Below, piece by piece: positions 26,174 to 40,600 of a DNA stretch of 64,000 nt (position 1 is its first letter; the number at the start of each line of letters is the position of its first letter). The position numbers and the translations under genes were made by a program. The notes beneath the pieces were generated by a model. That model saw nothing but the letters and a program-made list of their open reading frames with translations, was not told the DNA's origin and ran no database searches. This stretch comes from Eledone cirrhosa. Its lineage: Eukaryota. The stretch is taken from contig OZ024740.1 of NCBI GenBank assembly GCA_964016885.1, positions 429,660,001-429,724,000 of the forward strand, written 5' to 3'.

Positions 26174-26431
26174 GTGGAAAAGAGGAAGGAACGAGGGAGC
26201 ACCCCCTCTCTGTGCTCCTGAGGAAAAGGGTTGCACACTTTTTCGGGGGTGTGTGCGACCCCCAAGGCGCCTCCTCTCTATTGAGGATTTTGTTATAAAT
26301 TTTATTTTTTGTTATATTTTATTTTATTTTTATATTTTGTTATTGCCTCCTCCTTATTGAGGACGCCTTTTTGTGTAAACTCCCCCCTTTGTACTTGTCC
26401 CACTTTTGATGCCCTGGTGGCAAATAAAAGA

Positions 26432-26434
<3 letters not shown>
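24147..26434 (+). mobile_element. 5'-truncated Tx1/L1-clade LINE inserted in (TA)n
   Basis: RT ORF plus 3' UTR ending aaataaaagaaac followed by (AT)n. Confidence 0.93.
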
Positions 26435-26485
<51 letters not shown>

Positions 26486-26504
26486 CATACATATATATAT
26501 ATAT

Positions 26505-26596
<92 letters not shown>

Positions 26597-26613
26597 GTAT
26601 GTATGTATGTATG

Positions 26614-26646
<33 letters not shown>

Positions 26647-26862
26647 GTATGTGTATACATATATATATATATATAGATAATTTAATATATCAACTAACAT
26701 AAGCGCACAGATGCACGCCCATGCCAGCAAATACACAGGTTATGTCATAGTACCTAGGTGGTTCAATGCAGGAGAATGCAGAACAATAATATAAAGGACG
26801 TAAAATAAGAAAATATTTTTTTAAAAAAATTTAAAAAAAATTTTTTTCTTACTTAAATTTTC

Positions 26863-26944
26863 ACTCCAACTAATTAGTTTCTGCAATGGGATAAAGACAG
26901 TTACGTAATCCAACTGTCGAGAATTCATTGCGTCATCAGGAAGT
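26863..26944 (-). ncRNA. Type I hammerhead ribozyme (family F, repeat 1)
   Basis: acttc CTGATGA cgcaatg..gacagtt ggattacgt aactgtc..cattgca GAAA ctaattag TT ggagt; palindromic stem III, GUU triplet. Confidence 0.82.
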
Positions 26945-27419
26945 CTATTCTCAGTTAAGTCTCCAGGCAATGCGCGGACACTGGCGGCTCATATAAAAAT
27001 AATAATAATTCGGTAGATCGAACAGCTTGCGAGGACTGGATTCTATGTACCGAAATTCTCACTGCTTCAAGTCAAATGGCCGATTCTAAAGAATCAATCA
27101 CGTGACACAGAGGCTAGTTAGAAGGAATGGGATGGTAAGATGACTGACGCCTACTAACACCCCAAAAAAAATTTTTTTAGAAGTGGTTTTGACAAGTTTG
27201 CTCGACAAATCAGTGATTTGGAGATAAATATAGATAATTTAATATATCAACTAACATAAGCGCACAGATGCACGCCCATGCCAGCAAATACACAGGTTAT
27301 GTCATAGTACCTAGGTGGTTCAATGCAGGAGAATGCAGAACAATAATATAAAGGACGTAAAATAAGAAAATATTTTTTTAAAAAAATTTAAAAAAAATTT
27401 TTTTCTTACTTAAATTTTC

Positions 27420-27501
27420 ACTCCAACTAATTAGTTTCTGCAATGGGATAAAGACAGTTACGTAATCCAACTGTCGAGAATTCATTGCGTCATCAGGAAG
27501 T
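27420..27501 (-). ncRNA. Type I hammerhead ribozyme (family F, repeat 2)
   Basis: Identical to 26863-26944 at offset 557. Confidence 0.82.
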
Positions 27502-27598
27502 CTATTCTCAGTTAAGTCTCCAGGCAATGCGCGGACACTGGCGGCTCATATAAAAAGAAACATATCTATATCTATATATATATATATATTCACAGTTG

Positions 27599-27645
<47 letters not shown>

Positions 27646-27683
27646 TCAACTGTGAATATATATATATATATAGATATAGATAT

Positions 27684-28011
27684 GTTTCTTTTATTTGCCA
27701 CCAGGGCATCAAAAGTGGGACAAGTACAATGGGGGGAGTTTACAAAACAAGGCGTCCTCAATAAGGAGGAGGCAATAACAATATATAAAAATAAAATAAA
27801 ATATAACAAAAAATAAAATTTATAACAAAGTCCTCAATAGAGAGGAGGCGCCTTGGGGGGTCGCACACACCCCCGAAAAAAGTGTGCAACCCTTTTCCTC
27901 AGGAGCACAGAGAAGGGGTGCTCCCTTGGTCTTTCATCTTCCTCACCTATAGTCTGATGTAGAGTGAAGGCCCATTCACACGGGCCATTCTCGCCACTTT
28001 CACCCATCTTT
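27684..28011 (-). mobile_element. Tx1/L1-type LINE 3' end, inverted relative to 24147-26434
   Basis: Reverse complement of ~26108-26434 with few substitutions. Confidence 0.92.
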
Positions 28012-28014
28012 ATA

Positions 28015-28371
<357 letters not shown>

Positions 28372-28534
28372 TTTCAACTGTGAATATATATATATATATA
28401 TACAAACTCTAAATACTGTGGCTTGACAATACTATAACTACAGCAGAGAGACTAGTAAAACTGGTTTATCCATGAAGCTAGATATAGTCTTGAGTTGTTT
28501 GTATTCTGGATAACCTATTTCAAGAGATTATATA

Positions 28535-28630
<96 letters not shown>

Positions 28631-28680
28631 TGTGTGTGTGTCTGTGTGTGTATCTGTGTGTGTGTCTGTGTATGTGTGTG

Positions 28681-28724
<44 letters not shown>

Positions 28725-28769
28725 TCTGTGTGTGTATCTGTGTGTGTATCTGTGTGTGTGTGCGTGTGT

Positions 28770-28828
<59 letters not shown>

Positions 28829-29206
28829 GTAAGTCAAAGAAAGAGTAAAATCTTGGCCACACACATCAACAGCTTTAAACGTAACTTCCTTCCGGTTACA
28901 GTGACTAAAATAGCAATCTCTCATTTTTATACAGCAACAATGGCTTTTAAAAGAGCTCTGCTGTGTAGTGACAAAAATAGAGTTGATAAGATGACTATTT
29001 TTATCTTCTGCTGAAATGACTAAATACGTGGAATAAATAACTTTACAAGGATTTCTTTTTAAAGTTTGTTTTTAACACCTCCGCCATAAATTGTTTTAGT
29101 ATTAAACTTTTTTATTTATTTTCGTAAGGGGTCTTATTATATCTATAGGAAGCGAGTTAGTAATCTTGTTAGAATGCCGAATAGAATTATTTGTGCTCTC
29201 CGTTCT

Positions 29207-29345
29207 AATTGTTTCTACTTTTTTGGCACAAGGCCAGCAATTATCCCAGTGCATTACTGGTACTTTATTTTATCGACCCCATAAGGATGAAAGGCAAAGT
29301 TAACCTCGGCGGAATTTGAACTCAGACTGTAAAGAGATGTAACTC
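29207..29345 (-). mobile_element. SINE S1 copy, head missing
   Basis: ggcacaaggccagcaatt..tcgaccccataaggatgaaaggcaaagttaacctcggcggaatttgaactc. Confidence 0.85.
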
Positions 29346-29766
29346 GCCGTTCTAATTGTCGACGTTCTAAGTTCAAATTCATTAGAGTTGAAGGTCATTA
29401 TAAAAATTACCAGTACTATGGTCTATTCTTTCTTTCTGGAAGAAATCGGCTGGGGTGAAGCCTGAAGAGAGATGGACTCCACCCGATATAAAATGTTCTT
29501 ACGACTCCATCAGGGGTTGAGAATATGTTTCTTTGTGTCGTAAAACAAGGAACAAACGGAGAAAATTACGTGGTTTTAATTTTCTGAACCTTGTTTACTC
29601 AACCCCGATGGACTTGTACCCCCTAATGAATTAACCCGATTTTTAAATGGTACCCTTCATTTAACATTTGATAGATACAATGAGTAGGTACATCTGAAGA
29701 CCCTAAACAACAATATGCTGGAATATTGCTGAGTGTTTCCCAGATTTCAATGCAAAGTTCTGCCTT

Positions 29767-29989
29767 AATAATGATTTCTAGTAAAGGCACAAGGCCAGTA
29801 ATTTGGAGGGAGGGGAAAGTCGATTAAATCGACTCCAGTACATTACTGGTACTTTATTTTATCGACCCCGTAAGGATGAAAGGCAAAGTTAACCTCGACG
29901 GGATTTGAATTCAGACCGTAAAGTGCCGTAACTCTATGCTGTAAAACATGGTGTCCGACTCTCTACCGATACTGCCAATCCACCGCCCT
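29767..29989 (-). mobile_element. Full-length SINE S1
   Basis: Head with A and B boxes, body and tail all present. Confidence 0.9.
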
Positions 29990-30302
29990 GTTCTGCCTTT
30001 ATAATGGTAATAAAGGAGCTTCTATGTAGTCGCTCGACCTACTAAATATAACAACTAAATCTCCTTCAAAATTTCACCCTATTGTCTGTAAAATGGAAGA
30101 CATTGGATAATATGGTCCTACCCACATTAATCCTGTAAATAAAATCCGGGGTTATCATGGCTGCATCGCCTTTGATCATATATCTGCTTAGTGAAGGTTC
30201 ATCTATGGCTGGAAAGCTACACTAATAGATTCTCCTATGCATTTAACTTCGAGATGGGTGAGTTCTGGAAAGCTGCCCCCCACCCCCCCGTTACATAGTA
30301 TG

Positions 30303-30440
30303 AGGCGGCGAATTGGCAGAGTCGTTAGATTGTTGGAGAGAGTATTTTGCAGTATTCGTTCCGGCTCTCTCCCCTCCGAGTTCAAATCCCACCGAGGTCA
30401 ACTTTTATCCATTCGAGGTCAATAAAAAAGTACCAGTCTT
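30303..30440 (+). mobile_element. Diverged SINE S1 copy
   Basis: aggcggcgaattggcagagtcgttag..gagttcaaatcccaccgaggtcaacttt. Confidence 0.7.
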
Positions 30441-30536
30441 GTATAAGACTCACTATTTAGCCTAATAAAATGAATATCTATAATCTACGTCGGTATTGAG
30501 TACTCTTTTCTCTGCCGCCAAACACACACACACACA

Positions 30537-30577
<41 letters not shown>

Positions 30578-30676
30578 GTGGTTACCACTTCTACCTAACT
30601 CGTCCCATGGACTGAGTGCTCTACCGCTACGGATATTACCTTCCAGTGTTCTACCACTATATATATATATATATAT

Positions 30677-31671
30677 ACTGATCCTCCACTGATTCGGGGC
30701 AACTCCTTTCTCCAGTGCCCCGTTACAGAACCCCAGGATGATATCATCAAAATCACACCTCTTCATCACCTCTGATGCCACTCCATCTTCTCCATGAGCC
30801 TTGCCCTCCTTGATCCTCTTCTTGGCTCTCTGAGCTCCTCTCTGGTGAAGGGCTCTGTCTAAACATCCAGTTCCTCAAACAGCCGCCTGATCTCCCCAGT
30901 GCTCTGGGCTGTGGAGGGTGGCTCTCCTAGTAGGGTCCTAAAATGGTCTAGCCATTTCCTCTTCCTATCCTCGGGCCCCGTTCCCTGGATCTGACTCGAA
31001 CACCTTCTCTTCCTCCCTGTGATCTCGTTGATGATCATCCAGCTCTCCTTACATCCAGATCTGTCAACCGCTCTCTCCACACTTCTGATCTTCTCTATCA
31101 GTGCCTCCTCTCCGACCTCAGTGTAAGCGGTACAGAGTTCTTCCCTCATCACCCCCACAGTCTCCATCCTCTCCTCCGTAGGATCAGCATAGAATTGGTC
31201 CTTGGCAGCTTTCATGTGTTCTCTGGCTGCACACACTTTTGGGTTTGCAGAGCTGACGTGCTTCCCTTTGTTCTTTTTCCTCGGCACCAGGGTTTCACTT
31301 GCTTCCGCCACTGCATTGGTGAAGTGCCCGTACCTCCTCGTCACACTCTCCTCAGTCCATCCAATCTCTCTCTCCTCTGACACTCCACACAGAGCACTAA
31401 ACCTGTTTCTCACTTCCACTGTGAACCTCTCCTGAGGAGACTGAGGTTAGCTGGACATGCTTACCGACATCCAAAGTTGACATTGCACTCAGTGCCCCTT
31501 TGGGAGCCCCTACATGGACACACTAGTAGAGGAAGACCAAGGTTAACGTATGTTGATGCCCCAAGGACAGACACTGGTCTATTGGAGACGCAGGACATGG
31601 CAGCGATAATAAGGGACAGAGACCGCTGGAGAGAACTCGTCCATGGATATCGGGAATTTTACCCGCCTTAG
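30677..31671. mobile_element. RTE-type LINE with inverted 5' part: EN-RT linker on minus (30677-31434) fused to the C-terminus on plus (31435-31671)
   Basis: Minus: ERFTVEVRNRFSAL..WLDHFRTLLG..AHGEDGVASEVMK..APNQWR; plus: RRLRLAGH..LWEPLHGHTSRGRPRLTYVD..DRDRWR. Confidence 0.8.
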
Positions 31672-31672
31672 A

Positions 31673-31724
<52 letters not shown>

Positions 31725-31796
31725 TGTTTGTGTAATGACTGGACTTTTGTAAGGACTTTTTTGTTAGTTACTTTTATTGTTATTTTTGTTAGTTTG

Positions 31797-31866
<70 letters not shown>

Positions 31867-32380
31867 ACGTCTCTTTCCTTACCAACATTAATATGTAATG
31901 ACTATACTGGCCTGAAACCATACAAAGTCTATGACACTTCCTCTCTTCCATCTACAGAGTCATTTGTCTTCAACATGTCACAAAGAAAACCAATAAAGAA
32001 AGTCAGCCTGGAATAGTTATATAGATGTCAAAAATAGAAAATATCCTTAAGCATTGTACTTTTATGAATGGCTTTAAAAACAACAGCATGCTGTAATGGA
32101 GAAGAAAATGAGGTATTTGGGAATACAAATACTTTACATAACAGTTCAAAACTTTCCTTATAATTATCTGGTTTTCTGTGTGTAGAGACAGTAAGAAAAA
32201 ACAAGATTCTAATCCAATGGAAATATCTTTCACTTCATATCAACTGATTTCACTTGTGATGTTAACAGTGGTGAAAGTACAAATGGCTGACAATTCCATT
32301 TTACCCTGCCTACTTCACATACGATTATATGATCTTACGCCTAGGCAATAAAAAGCAGTATATGTGTGTGTGTGTGCATG

Positions 32381-32462
<82 letters not shown>

Positions 32463-32487
32463 CGAGATGACCCCTTAGCCTTAGCGA

Positions 32488-33022
<535 letters not shown>

Positions 33023-33029
33023 TTGTGTG

Positions 33030-33077
<48 letters not shown>

Positions 33078-33546
33078 TATGTGTGTATGTGTGTGTGTGT
33101 AAGTATGTGTGCATATGTGACTGCGTGTCTATATATATTTATATATATATGTGTGTGTGTGTGTGCATATGTATACATGTGTGTGTGTATGTATGTTATA
33201 TGTGTATATGTATGCATTTGTATATGTATGTTATATATGTATATCTAAGTATATTGCGTGACTGTTGTGACTCAATATAGGGCTCACAAATGTTACTACA
33301 CTAAACTATTCAGGCATAGCATGACAAACGAAAGTAAATTATGTGCAGTATCTTCACTGGCCTAGACTGGCGTGGGTTGAGTGACTTTAACGGAAACAAA
33401 CACTTGTGTTATCATATAAAGAATAAAACACTTACAATTCTTTAAATATTCATGTTTGGCCTGTGAGATTCTTGCCTGGAGGACACCAGAGCAAAACCTA
33501 TTTACTGTTTGTATTTCACGGGCTTTCATAGAAATTATTATATCAC

Positions 33547-33647
<101 letters not shown>

Positions 33648-33829
33648 GTTGGTGGTGGTGGGTGGTCGTGGTGGATGGTGGTTGTGGTGGTTGTTGTGGT
33701 GGTGGCGGTAGTTGTGCTGTTACTGATGTTGATGATAAAAAGGAAAGAGAAGACGAAAAGTAGAAGAGAGAGAGAGAGAGTGAGAGAGAGAGACATAGAT
33801 AGATAGAGAGAGAGAGAGAGAGGGAGAGA

Positions 33830-33887
<58 letters not shown>

Positions 33888-33949
33888 TGCTGTCTAATAT
33901 ATTTTCTTCTTTAATAAAGTTAGCTTTTACACTGCTACTCTCTTTGGTT

Positions 33950-34348
33950 ATATTTACTTTATATTGCCTTTATATTGACTTTATATTCACTTTATATTGA
34001 CATTATATTCACTTTATATTGTCTATATATAGTCTTTATATTGACTTTATATTCACTTTATATTGACATTATATTCACTTTATATTGTCTTTATATTGTC
34101 TTTATATTGACTTTATATTCACTTTATATTGACTTTATATTGACTTTATATTGACTTTATATTGACTTTATATTGACATTATATTGACTTTATATTGACT
34201 TTATATTGACATTATATTGACTTTATATTGACTTTATATTGACATTATATTGACTTTATATTGACATTAAATTGACTTTATATTGTCTTCATATTGTCTT
34301 TATATTGACTTTATATTGACTTTATATTGACTTTATATTAACATTATA
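33950..34348 (+). repeat. 11-bp tandem repeat tatattgactt, ~36 units
   Basis: Direct reading. Confidence 0.93.
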
Positions 34349-37300
34349 TGTGACATTATTGCTATTAATCAGTCATATGTGACATTATTGCTACTAATCA
34401 GTCATATGTGACATTATTGCTATTAATCAGTCATATGTGACACTATTGCTATTAATCAGTCATATGTGACACTATTGCTATTAATCAGTCATATGTGACA
34501 TTATTGCTACTAATCAGTCATATGTGACATTATTGCTATTAATCAGTCATATGTGACACTATTGCTATTAATCAGTCATATGTGACATTATTGCTATTAA
34601 TCAGTCATATGTGACACTATTGCTATTAATCAGTCATATGTGACACTATTGCTATTAATCAGTCATATGTGACACTATTGCTATTAATCAGTCATTTGTG
34701 ACATTATTGCTATTAATCAGTCATATGTGACATTATTGCTATTAATCAGTCATATGTGACACTATTGCTATTAATCAGTCATATGTGACATTATTGCTAT
34801 TAATCAGTCATATGTGACACTATTGCTATTAATCAGTCATATGTGACATTATTGCTATTAATCAGTCATATGTGACACTATTGCTATTAATCAGTCATAT
34901 GTGACACTATTGCTATTAATCAGTCATATGTGACACTATTGCTATTAATCAGTCATATGTGACACTATTGCTATTAATCAGTCATATGTGACACTATTGC
35001 TATTAATCAGTCATTTGTGACATTATTGCTATTAATCAGTCATATGTGACATTATTGCTATTAATCAGTCATATGTGACATTATTGCTATTAATCAGTCA
35101 TATGTGACATTATTGCTATTAATCAGTCATATGTGACATTATTGCTATTAATCAGTCATATGTGACACTATTGCTATTAATCAGTCATATGTGACATTAT
35201 TGCTATTAATCAGTCATATGTGACACTATTGCTATTAATCAATCATATGTGACATTATTGCTATTAATCAGTCATATGTGACATTATTGCTATTAATCAG
35301 TCATATGTGACATTATTGCTATTAATCAGTCATATGTGACATTATTGCTATTAATCAGTCATATGTGACACTATTGCATTTAATCAGTCATATGTGACAC
35401 TATTGCTATTAATCAGTCATATGTGACACTATTGCTATTAATCAGTCATATGTGACATTATTGCTATTAATCAGTCATTTGTGACATTATTGCTATTAAT
35501 CGGTCATATGTGACATTATTGCTATTAATCAGTCATATGTGACATTATTGCTATTAATCAGTCATGTGTGATATTATTGCTATTAATCAGCATATATGAC
35601 ATTATTGCTATTAATCAGTCATATGTGACACTATTGCTATTAATCAGTCATATGTTACATTATTGCTATTAATCAGTCATATGTGACACTATTACTATTA
35701 ATCAGTCATATGTGACACTATTGCTACTAATCAGTCATATGTGACATTATTGCTATTAATCAGTCATATGTGACACTATTGCTAGTAATCAGTCATATGT
35801 GACATTATTGCTATTAATCAGTCATATGTGACATTATTGCTATTAATCAGTCATATGTGACACTATTGCTATTAAAAAGTCATATGTGACACTATTGCTA
35901 CTAATCAGTCATATGTGACATTATTGCTACTAATCAGTCATATGTGACATTATTGCTATTAATCAGTCATATGTGACATTATTGCTACTAATCAGTCATA
36001 TGTGACATTATTGCTATTAATCAGTCATATGTGACATTATTGCTATTAATCAGTCATATGTGACACTATTGCTACTAATCAGTCATAGGTGACACTATTG
36101 CTACTAATCAGTCATATGTGACATTATTGCTACTCATCACATATGTGACACTATTGCTATTAATCAGTCATATGTGACATTATTGCTATTAATCAGTCAT
36201 ATGTGACATTATTGCTACTCATCACATATGTGACACTATTGCTATTAATCAGTCATATGTGACATTATTGATATTAATCAGTCATATGTGATATTATTGC
36301 TATTAATCAGTCATATGTGACATTATTGCTATTAATCAGTCATTTGTGACACTATTGCTATTAATCAGTCATATGTGACATTATTGCTATTAATCAGTCA
36401 CATGTGACATTATTGCTATTAATCAGTCATATGTGACACTATTGCTATTAATCAGTCATATGTGACATCATTGCTATTAATCAGTCATTCGTGACATTAT
36501 TGCTATTAATCAGTCATATGTGACATTATTGCTACTAATCAGTCATATGTGACATTATTGCTATTAATCAGTCATATGTGACATTATTGCTATTAATCAG
36601 TCATATGTGACACTATTGCTATTAATCAGTCATATGTGACATTATTGCTATTAATCAGTCATATGTGACATTATTGCTATTAATCAGTCATATGTGACAC
36701 TATTGCTGTTAATCAGTCATATGTGACATTATTGCTACTAATCAGTCATATGTGACACTATTGCTATTAATCAGTCATATGTGACAATATTACTATTAAT
36801 CAGTCATATGTGACATTATTGCTATTAATCAGTCATATGTGACATTATTGCAATTAATCAGTCATATGTGACATTATTGCTATTAATCAGTCATATGTGA
36901 CATTATTGCTATTAATCAGTCATATGTGACACTATTGCTACTAATCAGTCATATGTGACACTATGGCTACTAATCAGTCATTTGTGACATTATTGCTATT
37001 AATCAGTCATATGTGACATTATTGCTATTAATCAGTCATATGTGACATTATTGCTATTAATCAGTCATATGTGACATTATTGCTATTAATCAGTCATATG
37101 TGACACTATTGCTATTAATCAGTCATATGTTACTTTATTGCAAATTAATCAGTCATATGTGACACTATTGCTATTAATCAGTCATATGTGACATTATTGC
37201 AATTAATCAGTCATATGTGACATTATTGCTATTAATCAGTCATATGTGACATTATTGCTATTAATCAGTCATATGTGACACTATTGCTACTAATCAGTCA

Positions 37301-37692
37301 TATGTGACACTATGGCTACTAATCAGTCATTTGTGACACTATTGCTATTAATCAGTCATATGTGACATTATTGCTATTAATCAGTCATATGTGACATTAT
37401 TGCTATTAATCAGTCATATGTGACATTATTGCTATTAATCAGTCATATGTGACATTATTGCTACTAATCAGTCATATGTGACATTATTGCTATTAATCAG
37501 TCATATGTGACATTATTGATATTAATCAGTCATATGTGACACTATTGCTACTAATCATTCATATGTGACATTATTGCTGTTAATCAGACATATGTGACAT
37601 TATTGCTATTAATCAGTCATATGTGTCATTATTGCTACTAATCAGTCATATGTGACATTATTGCTATTAATCAGTCATATGTGACATTATTG
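34349..37692 (+). repeat. 29-bp satellite gtgacattattgctattaatcagtcatat, ~115 units
   Basis: Period 29 (gac at 34381 and 34410). Confidence 0.97.
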
Positions 37693-37695
37693 ATT

Positions 37696-40600
37696 TTATA
37701 TTATTCTAAATAACAACCTAATATTACTACCTATATCATTACTGTTATATTATTCTAAATAACAACCCAATATTACTACCTATATCATTACTGTTATATT
37801 ATTCTAAATAACAACCTAATATTACTACCTATATCATTACTGTTATATTATTCTAAATAACAACCTAATATTACTACCTATATCATTACTGTTATATTAT
37901 TATAAATAATAACCTAATATTACTACCAATATCATTACTGTTATATTATTCTAAATAACAACCTAATATTACTACCTATATCATTACTGTTATATTATTC
38001 TAAATAACAACGTAATATTACTACCTATATCATTACTGTTATATTATTCTAAATAACAACCTAATATTACTACCTATATCATTACTGTTATATTATTCTA
38101 AATAACAACCTAATATTACTACCTATATCATTACTGTTATATTATTCTAAATAACAACCTAATATTACTACCTATATCATTACTGTTATATTATTCTAAA
38201 TAACAACCTAATATTACTACCTATATCATTACTGTTATATTATTCTAAATAATAACCTAATATTACTAGCTATATCTTTACTGTTATATTATTTTAAATA
38301 ACAACCTAATATTACCCCCTCTATCATTACTGTTATATTATTCTAAATAACAACCTAATATTACTACCTATATCATTACTGTTTTATTATATTAAATACC
38401 AACCTAATATTACTACCTATATCATTACTTTTATATTATATTAAATACCAACCTAATATTACTACCTATATCATTACTGTTATATTATTCTAAATAACAA
38501 CCTAATATTACTACCTATATCATTACTGTTATATTATTCTAAATAACAACCTAATATTACTACCTATATCATTACTGTTATATTATTCTAAATAACAACC
38601 TAATATTACAACCTATATCATTACTGTTATATTATTCTAAATAACAACCTAATATTACTACCTCTATCATTACTGTTATATTATTTTAAATAACAACCTA
38701 ATATTACTACCTATATCATTACTGTTATATTATTCTAAGTAACACCCAAATATTACTACCTATATCATTACTGTTATATTATTCTAAATAACAACCTAAT
38801 ATTACTACCTATATCATTACTTTTATATTATATTAAATACCAACCTAATATTACTACCTATATCATTACTGTTATATTATTCTAAATAACAACCTAATAT
38901 TACTACCTATATCATTACTGTTATATTATTCTAAATAACAACCTAATATTACTACCTATATCATTACTGTTATATTATTCTAAATAACAACCTAATATTA
39001 CTACCTATATCATTACTGTTATATTATTCTAAATAACAACCTAATATTACAACCTATATCATTACTGTTATATTATTCTAAATAACAACCTAATATTACT
39101 ACCTCTATCATTACTGTTATATTATTTTAAATAACAACCTAATATTACTACCTATATCATTACTGTTATATTATTCTAAATAACAACCTAATATTTCTAC
39201 CTATATCATTACTGTTATATTATTCTAAATAACAACCTAATATTACTACCTATATCATTACTGTTATGTTATTCTAAATAACAACCTAATATTACTACCT
39301 ATATCATTACTGTTATATTATTCTAAATAACAACCTAATATTACTACCTATATCATTACTGTTATATTATTCTAAATAACAACCTAATATTACTAACTAT
39401 ATCATTACTGTTATATTATTCTAAATAACAACCTAATATTACTACCTATATCATTACTGTTATATTATTCTAAATAATAACCTAATATTACTACCTATAT
39501 CATTACTTTTATATTATTCTAAATAACAACCTAATATTACTACCTATATCATTACTGTTATATTATTCTAAATAACAACCTAATATTACTACCTATATCA
39601 TTACTGTTATATTATTCTAAATAACAACCTAATATTACTACCTATATCATTACTGTTATATTATTCTAAATAACAACCTAATATTACTACCTATATCATT
39701 ACTGTTATATTATTCTAAATAATAACCTAATATTACTAGCTATATCATTACTGTTATATTATTTTAAATAACAACCTAATATTACTACCTATATCATTAC
39801 TGTTATATTATTCTAAATAACAACCTAATATTACTACCTATATCATTACTGTTTTATTATATTAAATAACAACCTAATATTACTACCTATATCATTACTT
39901 TTATATTATATTAAATACCAACCTAATATTACTACCTATATCATTACTGTTATATTATTCTAAATAACAACCTAATATTACTACCTATATCATTACTGTT
40001 ATATTATTCTAAATAACAACCTAATATTACTACCTATATCATTACTGTTATATTATTCTAAATAACAACCTAATATTACAACCTATATCATTACTGTTAT
40101 ATTATTCTAAATAACAACCTAATATTACTACCTCTATCATTACTGTTATATTATTTTAAATAACAACCTAATATTACTACCTATATCATTACTGTTATAT
40201 TATTCTAAATAATAACCTAATATTACTACCTATATCATTACTGTTATATTATTCTAAATAACAACCTAATATTACTACCTATATCATTACTGTTATATTA
40301 TTCTAAATAACAACCTAATATTACTACCTATATCATTACTGTTATATTATTCTAAATAACAACCTAATATTACTACCTGTATCATTACTGTTATATTATT
40401 CTAAATAACAACCTAATATTACAACCTATATCATTACTGTTACATTATTCTAAATAACAACCTAATATTACTACCTCTATCATTACTGTTATATTATTTT
40501 AAATAACAACCTAATATTACTACCTATATCATTACTGTTATATTATTCTAAATAACAACCTAACATTACTACCTATATCATTAATGTTATATTATTCTAA

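Larger units (their letters stand above)
26671..27556 (-). mobile_element. Retrozyme-like non-autonomous element: two 329-bp direct repeats (26671-26999, 27228-27556) around a 228-bp core; period 557 bp
   Basis: The direct repeats appear identical and each carries an HHR; no ORF is called inside. Confidence 0.75.

Noticed and set aside
29455-29720. CTGAAGA motifs at ~29462 and ~29694
   Set aside because: No stem II, GAAA and NUH arrangement follows either motif
33425-33490. Possible small minus-strand exon (cag..ARISQAKHEYLKN..gtaagt)
   Set aside because: Only 40 nt with generic splice signals; cannot be supported without RNA-seq or homology
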